A stretch of 64,000 nt of DNA from Octopus sinensis (taxonomy: Eukaryota). The notes beneath the pieces were generated by a model. That model saw only the letters and a list, made by a program, of their open reading frames with translations. It was not told where the DNA came from and searched no databases. Each line of letters opens with the position of its first letter. Position 1 is the first letter of the stretch. The translations under genes were made by a program, and so were the position numbers. Positions 1 through 12,477 of this stretch are shown piece after piece. The DNA is taken from the NCBI RefSeq assembly GCF_006345805.1, contig NC_043001.1, positions 93,248,001 to 93,312,000 of the forward strand. Reading direction: 5' to 3'.

Positions 1-765
1 TTAGATACTCTCTACTCACAGCCCGTTCCCGCTATTTTCTGAGGTTGACTATTTTAATTGCTCAAACGATTAAAGGAGGCAAACAGCAGATTATAATTAG
101 AATACACACGCATACACACATTCATATACGCATATGTATGTAGTATTATTTATTACCTATTACATATGTTTCATTACCTAATAGGAGTTACTGGTATGCA
201 TATAAAATAAACATGTAAGATATAACCATTAGTGATTCTCTAATATATATATATATATTTATATATGAGGATAATATCGATATTTAAGTGTCGAAATTAT
301 CAAGTGGCCAGCATGAAAGAAATACCTTACAAAGGTAAAAAAATTTTTAACAATTAAAAATGAGGGTGTCTATATAAATTTATATAATTCGTTATTATAT
401 TCACTGCGGTGCTTATTTTAACCATGTCGTACTTATGCGGTGATTTGGCGGGCGATTCAGACTGGCTGTGTCCATACGTGCATATGTATGTATGTACGAC
501 GCTCGTATATGTAAGTATATCGTTTGCTGTGCATATATATATCTGTATTTATGTACCCTTGATATATTCAATTGATGACGGTAAAGCTTATCTAAAGCAG
601 AACCAGAAATCCTTGGATCTTGAATTATTCAATAATTTTTGCTTGTATGTTTTGTCCCTCCGCTTTACCTCATGGTGCGATATGAACATTTAACGTGGTA
701 CTATAGTCAGTGTTTCGACTGCTATTTCGGCATGTTGGTGTCTTTTAGACACCCTCATTTTTAAT

Positions 766-798
<33 letters not shown>

Positions 799-916
799 CA
801 CGTGATCACGTGACCGACCAGATAATCAGATGTTGTTACACATCGCTGGTCACAATGCGTTCGCATTGTTTTAGCCTTCGAATGACGCAACCCCGCTGGC
901 TAAGCGAGCAGACCAA
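799..916. repeat. Dispersed-repeat fragment with hairpins (probable SINE/LINE tail), embedded in (TA)n
   Basis: GC-richer island between TA tracts. It starts with the palindrome CACGTGATCACGTG and contains the perfect hairpin ACAATGCG-TT-CGCATTGT. No second copy in the window. Confidence 0.4.
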
Positions 917-917
917 T

Positions 918-950
<33 letters not shown>

Positions 951-971
951 TTGTGTGTGTGTGTGTGTGTG

Positions 972-1005
<34 letters not shown>

Positions 1006-1012
1006 CTGTATA

Positions 1013-1150
1013 TAATTTAGAGAAGACCCACTATTAAACAATTCAATAATGAAAGATGTTATTCACACCATATAGAAAACATATACTATAAAAATCTTGT
1101 ACTAAAAATCAAAAATAAATAGTAAATAGTAGTACTATTTACTATTAAAT
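1013..1150. mobile_element. Microsatellite-adjacent element end, PLE-like terminal motif family
   Basis: TTAGAGAAGACCCACTATTAAACAATTCAA (1017-1046) resembles motifs at 14139 and 54868/55163. It ends in a 14-bp-arm fold-back AATAGTAAATAGTA-G-TACTATTTACTATT (1118-1146). Confidence 0.45.
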
Positions 1151-1260
1151 TATATACATATATATATATATGATATATTGTGAAATTTGATTTAAAATTG
1201 CTAAATTGAATTTTTCCCTGTAAGTTTGGAATTATATTCCCTATTATTATTATTATTATT

Positions 1261-1814
1261 GAGTGAGAGAGCAGTGCATGCCATCAAAGTGACACTGGGG
1301 TAAAATATACGAAGCCCAATATACCCATCATGACTACACGTCTGATAAAGGTACACCAGGCACATGCATCACAACCATATGTGCGCGACATGGTGATCTC
1401 ATATCAAGATAAACAGCACATGACCTTGCAGGTGGGGCCCAGTTAGAATTTTCTTCAGATTGAGTAGCCCATCCCGCTCAAACGGTCCCTGATTAAGGGT
1501 TGTTTAAGGATGTTGAAAGAACCACCCATGTTTCCAGAGGTGAACTATTCAACCCCAAAGAATCCCTCTCAACACATGGCTATGATGCTCCCCCACTACT
1601 TCTGCTCGTGATCAGAGATGCACATATTGTCAGCCACGAAGGGACATGCTCAACTGGTTAAGGTCAAACAACTGACAAGCAAATCTGTGGTATTGAGCAG
1701 AATATTTGCTGTAGCCCATCTTTTATACCAAGACAAAACAATGTACATGATAACACTTCCAATCAGTTAAGATCAGAAGCCATGAGAGCCATTGCCTGGT
1801 ACTGCATCAGGGCA
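1261..1814 (+). mobile_element. 554-bp non-coding interspersed element flanked on both sides by (ATT)n
   Basis: (ATT)n at 1243-1260 and from 1815. The last ~125 bp recur in reverse complement at 44603-44727, also next to (TAA)n. No ORF or Pol III boxes seen. Confidence 0.7.
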
Positions 1815-1843
1815 TTTTATTATTATTATTATTATTATTATTA

Positions 1844-1874
<31 letters not shown>

Positions 1875-3079
1875 GTTGTTGTTGTTGTTGTTATTATTAT
1901 TATTATTATATATTTAGACTTACCGTTGTTTCTGATATGCATTTTAGGTGCATTCATGGTTCAGTGTACTCAGTCTATTGATATTCCCTAATGAATAATC
2001 CTTTATACACACACAAAAATGCACACACACACACACTCTCTCTCACACGCATACATTCACACACACATACATATCATCATCATCATTATCATCATCATCA
2101 TCATCGTCATTGTCGTCATCATAATTACTCCTGGATATAGGTAGAATGAAAGTGTGGATACGCCACCTATAATGATAGAACAAACGACGTACGGGCGTGT
2201 ATTATCATAGAGTCTCACAAAATCAGGCAGACACACTTTAAATGCAAATACTTTCCAAAATAGATGAATACACGGAAAGCATAACACAAGAACAATGTCA
2301 AATGCATACACACACAGAGGGAAAAAAAAAAAGATTTTTTCACACATTATTATGGTCAAAGCAACACGGAATCATGATCATAGGATGACACACAGTCGTA
2401 TACAGACAAGCAGAGAAGCAATCGCATATACACATATACACACACGTGTACAAATATAAACATATATTCATCTCCATTTTGCATTTCCATACAGCACGTT
2501 TCCATAGCAATCTCTTTGGAGTTTGCTGACGCAAGATCAAAGCAATGGAACGCATCGGGTGTTCTGTCCAATATACAAGGAATATATTAAAAACTGAGAC
2601 CAGCGGTTACTTTACGGCTGATCATTACAAAAACAGGATATAGAAAACAGAACCCAAAATTCCATAGACTTGGTTTCCGTTTCTATTCTATGCTTTGCTT
2701 TGGATCAGTGAAATCGGAATTGATAAGGGAAAAAAAAAGAAATGAAAAACAATCTGGGTGAGAAAATTATTTGAAAAAAAAAAAATTGAAATGAAGGGAA
2801 AAAATTTAGTATCGTAGACGAGGCATAAAAGTAAAATAAATAAAAAAAGAAAATTGGTATATTTGGTTTAGGGTAATACAAGTTTTTGAGTATATATGTG
2901 TACGTGTATGATGCATGTTTATGCATATATATTGCCACACACACACACATTTATATATATATATATATGTACATGTATATATGCTTATATAAATACATAT
3001 ATATATATATATTTGTATATGCATATATACCTATATATATATTTATATATAGTTATCTCGCCTTCACGGTCCCTAATAT

Positions 3080-3139
<60 letters not shown>

Positions 3140-3208
3140 CATATACATATGCACATACGTATATAGGAGTGTAATACTCTATATATGTGTGTGTACATAC
3201 AAACACTA

Positions 3209-3271
<63 letters not shown>

Positions 3272-3391
3272 ATATATACATATATATATATATATACGCA
3301 CACATATATGCGAACAGATATTGTATATACATAATTGAATACTTGCACAAATGTTTGCACAGTATGTAGGCACGCGCACACACACACACAT

Positions 3392-3432
<41 letters not shown>

Positions 3433-3756
3433 TATATATATGTACACACGTTCCTGTATATGCATGTGTATGCGAATTCATTAGGTCCTTATCAACTCAC
3501 AACATCTTATGATGTTTTGAGTACAATCGTGTTTCAAAGCCAATATCACTCTCTATCTTTTTTCTTTCTGTCTCTCTTCCCTCCCTAAGCACTATGTCAG
3601 TGCTTCGGAAAATGTGTTTTCGTAATTGGACTCCAGTGAGACGAAGAATATGAACTTAGTATACACGGAACAGCAAGAGACAGGGCAGGTTATCACGTAT
3701 GTCTCCATCAATTCCATGAATCTGGTATTCTTGACTGTTAATATTTTACAGTCAAG

Positions 3757-3922
3757 ATACTTAGCGGCATTTTGTCCATCGTTACGTTCTGAGTTCAAAT
3801 TCCGCTGAGGTCGACTTTGCCTTCTTTCATTTCGATGTCGATAAAGTAAGCACTCCGAGATCGATGTATTTAATTATCTCCCTTACCCCAAATCCAATGC
3901 TTCGTGCCAAAATTTGAAACCA
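3757..3922 (+). mobile_element. SINE family D (tRNA-like head with wide A-B spacing), 5'-truncated
   Basis: CTTAGCGGCATTT...TTCTGAGTTCAAATTCCGCTGAGGTCGACTTTGCC matches the D copies at 9717-9947 and 46497. Confidence 0.8.
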
Positions 3923-4395
3923 ATATACTTATCTATCCTGGGAAAATGAGAGTTATCATTAACCACAGCAGAACTTGTACTGAGAGAGTAGAGAGATGAA
4001 TCAAACACTGCAAACCATCCTACTCCTGGTTCTCATATGACTTTGCCTATTCACTGCCCTTCCAGGCAAGTACAAAATATATATCAATGCATACACACAC
4101 ACACACACCTACACGCATTCATACGCGCATAAACACTCACACGCAAGCGTGTGCACACACATATACATATACAGTAAAGATGAAGTGAAGCGCTCTTGAC
4201 CTTTTTCAGGGTCTCCGATATGGGAGGAACAAGATATTCTTAGAATGAAAACGAAGACATGACAAAGCTGTTGCCAAGTGTGATTGGTATGTAATGATCT
4301 TCTTAACTTCACACCATCCATAAAACGTTCCCTTATCAGCACACCTTGCCACTTGCTTAAGGAAAGAAAAATTAGCCTTTCAGGTCTAGCTTTAT

Positions 4396-4562
4396 CAGGT
4401 GGCCAATTGTCAGAATCAACAGGGCATGTGGCGAATTACTTAGTTGCAGTCGTTCCGGTTCTCTACACTCGTAGTTTAAGCCCTGCCGAGGTACTCTTTG
4501 CTTTTTAATCTTTTGGAGTCGATAAATATAATGTCAGTCCTGTACTGTGGTCGATTCTTCTC
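4396..4562 (+). mobile_element. SINE family D, heavily decayed
   Basis: GCCGAGGTACTCTTTGCTTTTTAATCTTTTGGAGTCGATAAAT...GTACTGTGGTCGAT aligns to the D core. Confidence 0.55.
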
Positions 4563-4914
4563 TTTTTCCTCACCTTGCCTATTTGTCTGGCTTTCTGATT
4601 CGGAAGAAGTCAGTTGTGATCAAACCTGGGGAATATTGCAATTCACCTGGTGTAAAATCAGTCAAGAAACAGCTTATATCACGACGGTACTCTTATGACT
4701 CCCCTACAGTGTTGCGACTCCAAGGCCATGCAACGCAAGACCAGATTTATCTTCAACTAACTTGAACGTAGAATTTCATGTTTCCGTGGAGTCTATTGGG
4801 CAAATCAACCTAGTAATATTCATTTCTTTCAACGTTGGGACTAATATATTCGAAGATTTAAGACCAGTATAGTACACTGTAAAAGACCATCACTCATTCA
4901 GCAACTACACAACT

Positions 4915-5150
4915 GGTAACAGCAAATGGCACTGTCTTAATAACTATTGACGATACCGCTCTAATAACTATTTACGGCATCGTGTTGATAAATATTTATA
5001 GCACTGTCTTGGTAACTATTTACGACATTGTGTTGATAACGATTTATGGCACCGTCATGATAACTATTTCCAGCACCGTGTTGATAAGTATTTATGGCAA
5101 AGTTTTGATAACTATGTATGACAACGATTTTATCACGATTTTCAACCCAA
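4915..5150. repeat. 24-bp minisatellite, about 9-10 diverged units
   Basis: Consecutive units ATAACTATTTACGGCATCGTGTTG / ATAAATATTTATAGCACTGTCTTG / GTAACTATTTACGACATTGTGTTG / ATAACGATTTATGGCACCGTCATG / ATAACTATTTCCAGCACCGTGTTG. Confidence 0.9.
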
Positions 5151-5652
5151 ATAGGCTGAGGTGACAGAAGCAAATCGTTCAAATATGTGCAGGTTTGTTC
5201 AATGTCTAAATGTCAGCAATGAGTTACAGTTAATATGATAATTATTTTTTCGGGTTATTAATGTCATCTTTAGAGATACAAAACGTTTTAAATATTCTAT
5301 TCAGTCTCGGAAACTTGATTTCTAAATTAATGAACTAATGTTAGTAACTCACTTATCTACCATATATCATTGACTCGCATATGTATGCCTGTGTGTATGA
5401 CAGTGGCCTAATGGCGAAGAACTTCACTACCCTCAGTTTAGAAAAAAAAAAAAAAAGAAAAAGGAAGGTTCAAGTTTTAATGCAGTAACTTACTATATAT
5501 ACGTCCAGAAATAAGACACCTATCTACAATCAGAGATCAAAACGATCAAAAGGTAATGCACATCTAAGTATTGAAAATTACCTTCATCTCTGAAGATGGA
5601 GTTTAATAGTCTGAAAAATAATAATCGTATTCTAAAGCTAATTGCCTTGACA

Positions 5653-5703
<51 letters not shown>

Positions 5704-6585
5704 CGTGTATATTTATAGCGCCTGTGTGTATATATATATACATGTGTATATACATATATTTGAAGGGTAACGAGAGTCGTGTTTTCAACATATATATAGA
5801 AGAGAGGATTATATAAAAGGACCTAAAGGTTTTGTGCAATCAACCTTATTGTCGACAGCAATCATCATGACACACATACACATATACACAGGAACGCATA
5901 CACATACATTTGCATATATATACATATACGCATACACATCTTTATATCTTTAAGCGCATATACCTATACATATGCATATAAGTATGTATGTATATATATG
6001 CATCTATATATATGTGTGCGTATATATAATTTATATATATATGTGTATATATATGTATATATATATATATATGTGCATTAATACATGCAAATATATATGT
6101 GCGTGTGAGTATGCATGTATTTATGTCTATACGTGTGTATATGCGTGAATATGTGTGTGCGTATCTGTGTGTGTGTGTGTGAGTGTGTGTGAGTGTGTGT
6201 GTGTGTGAGTGTGTGTGTGTGTGAGTGTGTTGTGTGTGTGAGTGTGTGTGTATGAGTGTGTATGTGTGTGTGAGTGTGTGTGTGTACGTTTTTATAAGTA
6301 ATTCGACACATCATCTACTTTATTTCTCTACTCTTTCAATTCTTCCGAACCATGACAAACACTAGCATTCACTGACCCAACAGGAATCGTTGATTATCCA
6401 CAAGTTCCCTTTGAAGCGAAATATATTTGCTGAGAAGATTTAATAAAAATAGTAAAAAAGATTTGAACTTAGACAAGGATATCCTTCAGCAAAGCTGAAA
6501 GCTGGTGACATTTAATCGTGCTTCACTAAGAATTTAATTAACTTTTCAGAATGCAATCAGGAAGTCATTTACCAATATACGTGCC

Positions 6586-6633
<48 letters not shown>

Positions 6634-6676
6634 TATATAATATATATAGATAGATATATCTAATATATATATATAC

Positions 6677-6727
<51 letters not shown>

Positions 6728-7346
6728 TACATATATCTAATATATATATACACACACACACATTTATATACATATATGTAAATATATGTATGTATGCATG
6801 TGTGTGTATACACACATTTACACATAAATATATACTATATGACATTTGTATATGTATGCCAAACTTCCTTCAGATCTATCTATCTATCTATCTGTCTATC
6901 TATCTACGCATTTGTATTTCTACATCCGTCGTTTGTGTGCAAGCGATGATAAAATATGATTTACGAGATATATATATACACACACGCACGCGATCACACG
7001 CACACACGCCTGCGCGCACATACATAGACACCCGCAAGCACACCACACACACATATATATATGCATATGCATTACAAACACCAATCACCCACATTTATGT
7101 TCTTTGAGATTTACTGTGTGTATATGAGCGTATATTTTTTATGCGTGCTTGTATCAACAAAGTGTATCTAAGCTTTTAATACGCATGCGTAAGAACTATA
7201 TAGCTGTTCTAATGTTTAGCAATGTATTTCCTGCCCATTATATATTATTCATCTAGCACCGACACAGATATTTATGCATATATATATATATGTTTATATA
7301 CATACGTGTGTATACACATGTATATATAGCTCATGCTTTTTATGAA

Positions 7347-7698
7347 CTGTACAATGTTCTACCAAAAGAATTTTAAAATCTATTTTATGTGGATGTGGTA
7401 TCTTCAAAAAGGATATTGGACATTCTCCTATCCACCATACCAGATGAACCAATGTCCTGATACGAAGTACAGACGAAGGCGGCGATATCAAACTACTTCG
7501 TACACCAAATGAGCCAACAAGCAGAAAAAGTAAAAACAAAAACAACAACCCAAAATTTGCAAATGCAGTGATACGAAGTTCTATCACACATAACCAATCA
7601 ACGTTACAGGAGGGCTCTGGAATGGTACAGTCACGGTGGTGCGCAGTATGACCGCAACACCAAATGGCTGTCATTCATAAAAGAAATACAAGACATTT
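7347..7698 (+). mobile_element. Decayed 3' end of a CR1-group LINE (ORF2 C-terminus plus 3' UTR)
   Basis: One frame reads LYNVLPKEF*NLFYVDVVSSKRILDILLSTIPDEPMS*YEVQTKAAISNYFVHQM. This matches the 'FNxLPKxLR...FKxxLDxFLSxIPDEP...AAxSNSL' C-terminus of invertebrate CR1/L2-group RTs, with two in-frame stops. Confidence 0.7.
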
Positions 7699-7747
7699 AT
7701 ATATTCACGCACACATACACACGCACATATATATATGTATACACACA

Positions 7748-7779
<32 letters not shown>

Positions 7780-7825
7780 TACACATATATATATATATGT
7801 ACATACATACATATATATATATATA

Positions 7826-7860
<35 letters not shown>

Positions 7861-7908
7861 GTCTTGTGTTCCTTTTATGAATGACAGCCATTTGGTGTTG
7901 CGGTCATA
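7647..7908. repeat. 52-bp inverted repeat pair (7647-7698 / 7857-7908) around a CA/TA/GA microsatellite
   Basis: TATGACCGCAACACCAAATGGCTGTCATTCATAAAAGAAATACAAGACATTT versus the reverse complement of the right arm: 2 mismatches. Confidence 0.9.
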
Positions 7909-7987
7909 TATATATATATGCTTCCTTAACTATTCGTATATCTATGTAGATGTACGATTAAATATCTATTAAGGCACACACACACAC

Positions 7988-8026
<39 letters not shown>

Positions 8027-8370
8027 GAGAAACACACGCACATACACTCACAAACGCTTACACATATATCCTTACCATCACATACATATAATACGATTAA
8101 CTAAAAGGTGCTGAAGAAAGGGTAACTTTGAAGTCGAAATACTTTGAAAGTGAACCACAAGCTCTAGCATTTCATTTAGCTGATTCAGTGAATGAAGAAA
8201 AATGAAGAAGGAAAAAAAAAGGAAGAGGAGTGGAGAGACAGAAGTTCTTAGATCTTAAATGGCATATAAGCTTGGCTATGGCATAAGAAACATGAAGGAA
8301 TGGATGGATATCTAAAGAGACTGTGTGATTGAGATTGCTAACAATGTTGTAAGCAGGTACGCTGCTTGTG

Positions 8371-8815
<445 letters not shown>

Positions 8816-8989
8816 GATGGATAGAGGTAAATAGAAAAACAAGAGAAGTTGCTAGAGGGATGTACATGGCAGAAATGAAGGAGAGAAATAGAGACAGAGA
8901 CAGAAAGACTGCGTATATTAATGTGAGAGTCAATGTCATAGAAGATAGGAAAAAACATGAAGAGTTTTTGCTATAAAGTTGAACTGTTC

Positions 8990-9023
<34 letters not shown>

Positions 9024-9621
9024 GAGAGAGAGAAAGAGATGTGTGCACTTGTATGTATGTGTGTATGCATGTGTGTATGCATGTATGTATCTATGTATAT
9101 ATGCATGCATATACATATTTATGTACATATGTATGTACGTATGTATGGAGAAAAGGAAGAGATTGAGAGAATTGGTGGGAATGTGTATAAGAGAGTGACG
9201 CGCATATATATATGTGTGTGTTCTTGCATTTGTGCATAGCATATGTAAGTATATACGTGAATTTGTGTTAGTGTATGTCCGAGAGTTTGGATTAGCGTAC
9301 GTAGTTGTATGAGAGAAAGCTAGAGGATGCAGTACAGTGAGTGAAAGAAGAGAGAAAGAGTAACAAGAGAGACCGAGAAGAGAAGAATGACAAGAAATCA
9401 TTTAGCAAAATGGATGCAAGTGCAAAGGTACATAATGTATTGGATTGATTGCCTCAGCGTGTTCTCTCCACCAACCACGGCCTGATGTGGGGGCCGTGAA
9501 CTTGAGATCATACTGGTTTCATGAGTCTACTCGGCCACACTGGCTTCATATGACTTGGTGGAAGGGTGCAGTTTTTACACTCCTACCCAGGAGTAGTTAA
9601 GTAGATTATATCGACCACCAG

Positions 9622-9718
9622 TGTCCTACTGGTACTTATTTTATTGACCCCGAATTGATGAAAGGCAATGTCGACCTGACAGAATTTGAACTTAAAATGG
9701 AAAGACGAACGAAATACC
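9622..9718 (-). mobile_element. SINE family D fragment
   Basis: CTGGTACTTATTTTATTGACCCC...AAAGGCAATGTCGACC...GAATTTGAACT is the reverse complement of the D core. Confidence 0.7.
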
Positions 9719-9947
9719 TATTTCTTTACAACCCTCAAGAGGCTAAACACAGAGAGGACAAACAAGGATAGACAAACGGATTAAGTCGATTGTATCGACC
9801 CCAGTGCGTAACTGGCACTTATTTAATCGAGCCCGAAAGGATGAAAGACAAATTCGACCTCGGCGCGATTTGAACTCAGAACGTAGCGGCAGACGAAATA
9901 CCGTTAAGCATTTCGCCCGGTTTGCTAACGATTCTGCTAGCTTGCCG
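9717..9947 (-). mobile_element. SINE family D, near full length (best copy)
   Basis: Minus strand reads GGCAAGCTAGCAGAATCGTTAGC (A-box-like), then a GGGCGAAATGCTTAACGGTATTTCGTC hairpin, then GAGTTCAAATC (B box), core and tail. Confidence 0.85.
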
Positions 9948-10495
9948 GCAAGTAGGAAGCTTGCCCAGCTATTTAGAGACATGGTTAGAAAACTGGAAAT
10001 GTAGGGTAGCTCAAATACACGAGCAGTTCTATTTAGTATATATGCATACACGCAGTCACACACTTATCCACACATATACGTTCGTTTATTATTTTACTGG
10101 ATTTTGTCTATAGTTAAGGAAGGGCGTTGCCTGGCTGCTATTTTATCGACCGCAGTGTACGATCAATGGTAATCTCCACCTACAGGAAAGGAACATAAAC
10201 CAGACAGAACTAAATAAGTATTTTTCTCTGACATATCCACTCTGATACACTCTGTATTAACATTATTTATACATAATTGTCTGTAAGTGTACCACCGTTC
10301 ACCATACTTCTAAGTGACTAATAATAGTTCTATTGACATTGGTACAATTCGGTGAAGTTGTATGCGAGAATATAATTAATTGCGTAGATTTCGGAGCAAA
10401 GATTGATATTATATCTACTTTATAGGACAAGTAGGATGATAAACCGCAACTGCGGCGAGATTCGAACACCGAATATATATGTATATATATATATT

Positions 10496-10496
<1 letters not shown>

Positions 10497-10574
<78 letters not shown>
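10497..10574. repeat. (GA)n microsatellite
   Basis: Pure GA tract. Confidence 0.95.
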
Positions 10575-10576
<2 letters not shown>

Positions 10577-10735
10577 TAGCTGAGTTAGAGGTTAAAATAA
10601 CCATCTAAGGGATAGAAGTATTCATTATACTACCGGTATATTACCTATGTTTAACCATGGACATACATACGCAAGCATATTATGCTCGTAAATTATAGGT
10701 AAAGACAAGAATAAATGTGAGTTTAGCAAGAATCA

Positions 10736-10903
10736 AAATTTAAAGAAAACAGAACATGGAGAAATATTGATGAACAACAATTCTTACTTCAACTATTAGA
10801 TGGAATGCAATCTACTCGTATTGAATTAATAAATGATAAATGATTATTTATGTAAGTCAATTGTTGTTCATCAATATTTCTCCATTTTGTTTTCTTTAAA
10901 TTT
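10736..10903. repeat. Inverted repeat with ~46-bp arms (10736-10782 / 10859-10903)
   Basis: AAATTTAAAGAAAACAGAACATGGAGAAATATTGATGAACAACAATT versus its reverse complement differs only in one small patch. Confidence 0.85.
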
Positions 10904-11644
10904 ATATGTTCCTGCAAAGATATGCTAAAAACACCACCTATTTTTCAAAGCAAAGCATGTAAAGTTTACTCTCATATCACTAAACCAACGGAATGTTTGG
11001 TATTCATAGATGTGCCATTAGTAATACAGCTGACGAATCTAACTATGAATTAAAACCTGTTAACATATTCTGTTCTCTAAGAACTTATCAAAGTTCTAAG
11101 GCGTCTGCTGGCATAAAAGGAATGAAATATTGTTTCTGGAATTATCACTTATCGATTAATAAAATGCCCGGCTTTCACAAACGCAAAATAAATCCTCATT
11201 ATCTCTCTCGCCACTTTGTTATTATTTGGACTAAAAGTTGATTAGAGCATCTTCTCGTGTAGATATTGGATTCCATGATAAATGATCTTCAATTTCAAAG
11301 GTGTCCATTTTGAATCCCAAACCAGCAATATTTGTTACTATGAATGAGAAGAAATCTTTGTAAAATATCATTTTGTTTAATAGCTTGACATAAGATGGAC
11401 TGAAGTGGTGCAAGTTGTAACTCACTGTCATGAAAGATTTCTAGGAAACCCCATTACAATAATTAACACTGACAACAATTCAACGATACTTTATTACAAT
11501 GGTGTAAGCGTTGCAAGTTTCCAATGTGTGCCCTTGGTTTAATATATTTGATTTTGACAGGATGTTGTGAATAATGGTGAGGAAATTCTACTTAGCCATC
11601 ATAAATAATAAACCATAAATATATTGTAGTTTTGAAATAAATAG

Positions 11645-11930
11645 ACAGAACATCCTGTAGATTTTGACTAGATAGAGGCGTCCTAGAAATATCGACTGGA
11701 AAAGAAGCAGCTTACAGATTTCAGATGAATAGTGGTATTGTGTAGATATCGGTTGAATAGAAACAGCCTATATATGTCGCCATATTCAGAGAAATATTCA
11801 GCATGTAAACTTGTAGATGTCGACTAGAGGAGGATAATATACCAAGATTGGTTGAATAGATGTAGTATTTGTATATTAAAATGATAGAAAAAGCCTATAG
11901 ATGTCAGCTGAAAAGAAAGATTCAGTAGAT
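11645..11930. repeat. Degenerate ~28-30-bp tandem repeat
   Basis: Recurring TGTAGATTTTGACTAGATAG / TGTAGATATCGGTTGAATAG / TGTAGATGTCGACTAGAGG / TATAGATGTCAGCTGAAAAG. Confidence 0.5.
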
Positions 11931-12254
11931 AAATCATGAGTGGATAAAGAAATTCTATTTATGGAGGCCAAACAAATATGCACAATATTTTAAAGTTATC
12001 GGTTGAGGTTACATAGAGAAGGGAAATTATTGTCTCAATTGTTGTGCGGGATCTAAATTCGAACATCTCTGTCAGGAGTTCAAATCGCTTGAATAAAATT
12101 TTCATCTTTAATGACATTAGGAACTCTACTAAAGCCAAGAAAGTTGTAAAGGAAAATATATAAATATATCTATTTTTGTTGAATAGTGACTAGATAGACA
12201 GATATGTATATATATATATGAGAGATCGTTAGCCACTACACACATTTTTCTCTC

Positions 12255-12408
12255 CTTTTTTCTCTCCTTGTTTTTTCTGTGTCCCTTTCTGTAGAAGAGC
12301 GTAGGCTCGAAACATAAAATACCTTTTCTATTCTTGAGCGTTATACTAATACATCTGTTTGTTTTGTACACCACCTGCCTTCGTCTTTTGTTTTTTTCGT
12401 AAATTCTT

Positions 12409-12410
<2 letters not shown>
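12255..12410 (+). mobile_element. PLE-like mini-element with a minimal hammerhead-like motif (copy 1)
   Basis: CTTT-CTGTAGA-A-GAGC gtag GCTC-GAAA-CA-TA-AAAT (12285-12320). A homolog lies at 30269-30395 (-). Flanked by (TA)n. Confidence 0.6.

Positions 12411-12477
<67 letters not shown>

Noticed and set aside
2497-2535. RFX X-box-like GTTTCCATAGCAAT and TGCTGACGCA motifs
   Set aside because: Short motifs with a mismatch and no promoter context.
4208-4286. Possible exon (TTTTCAG...GTATGT)
   Set aside because: Stop codons in all three frames.
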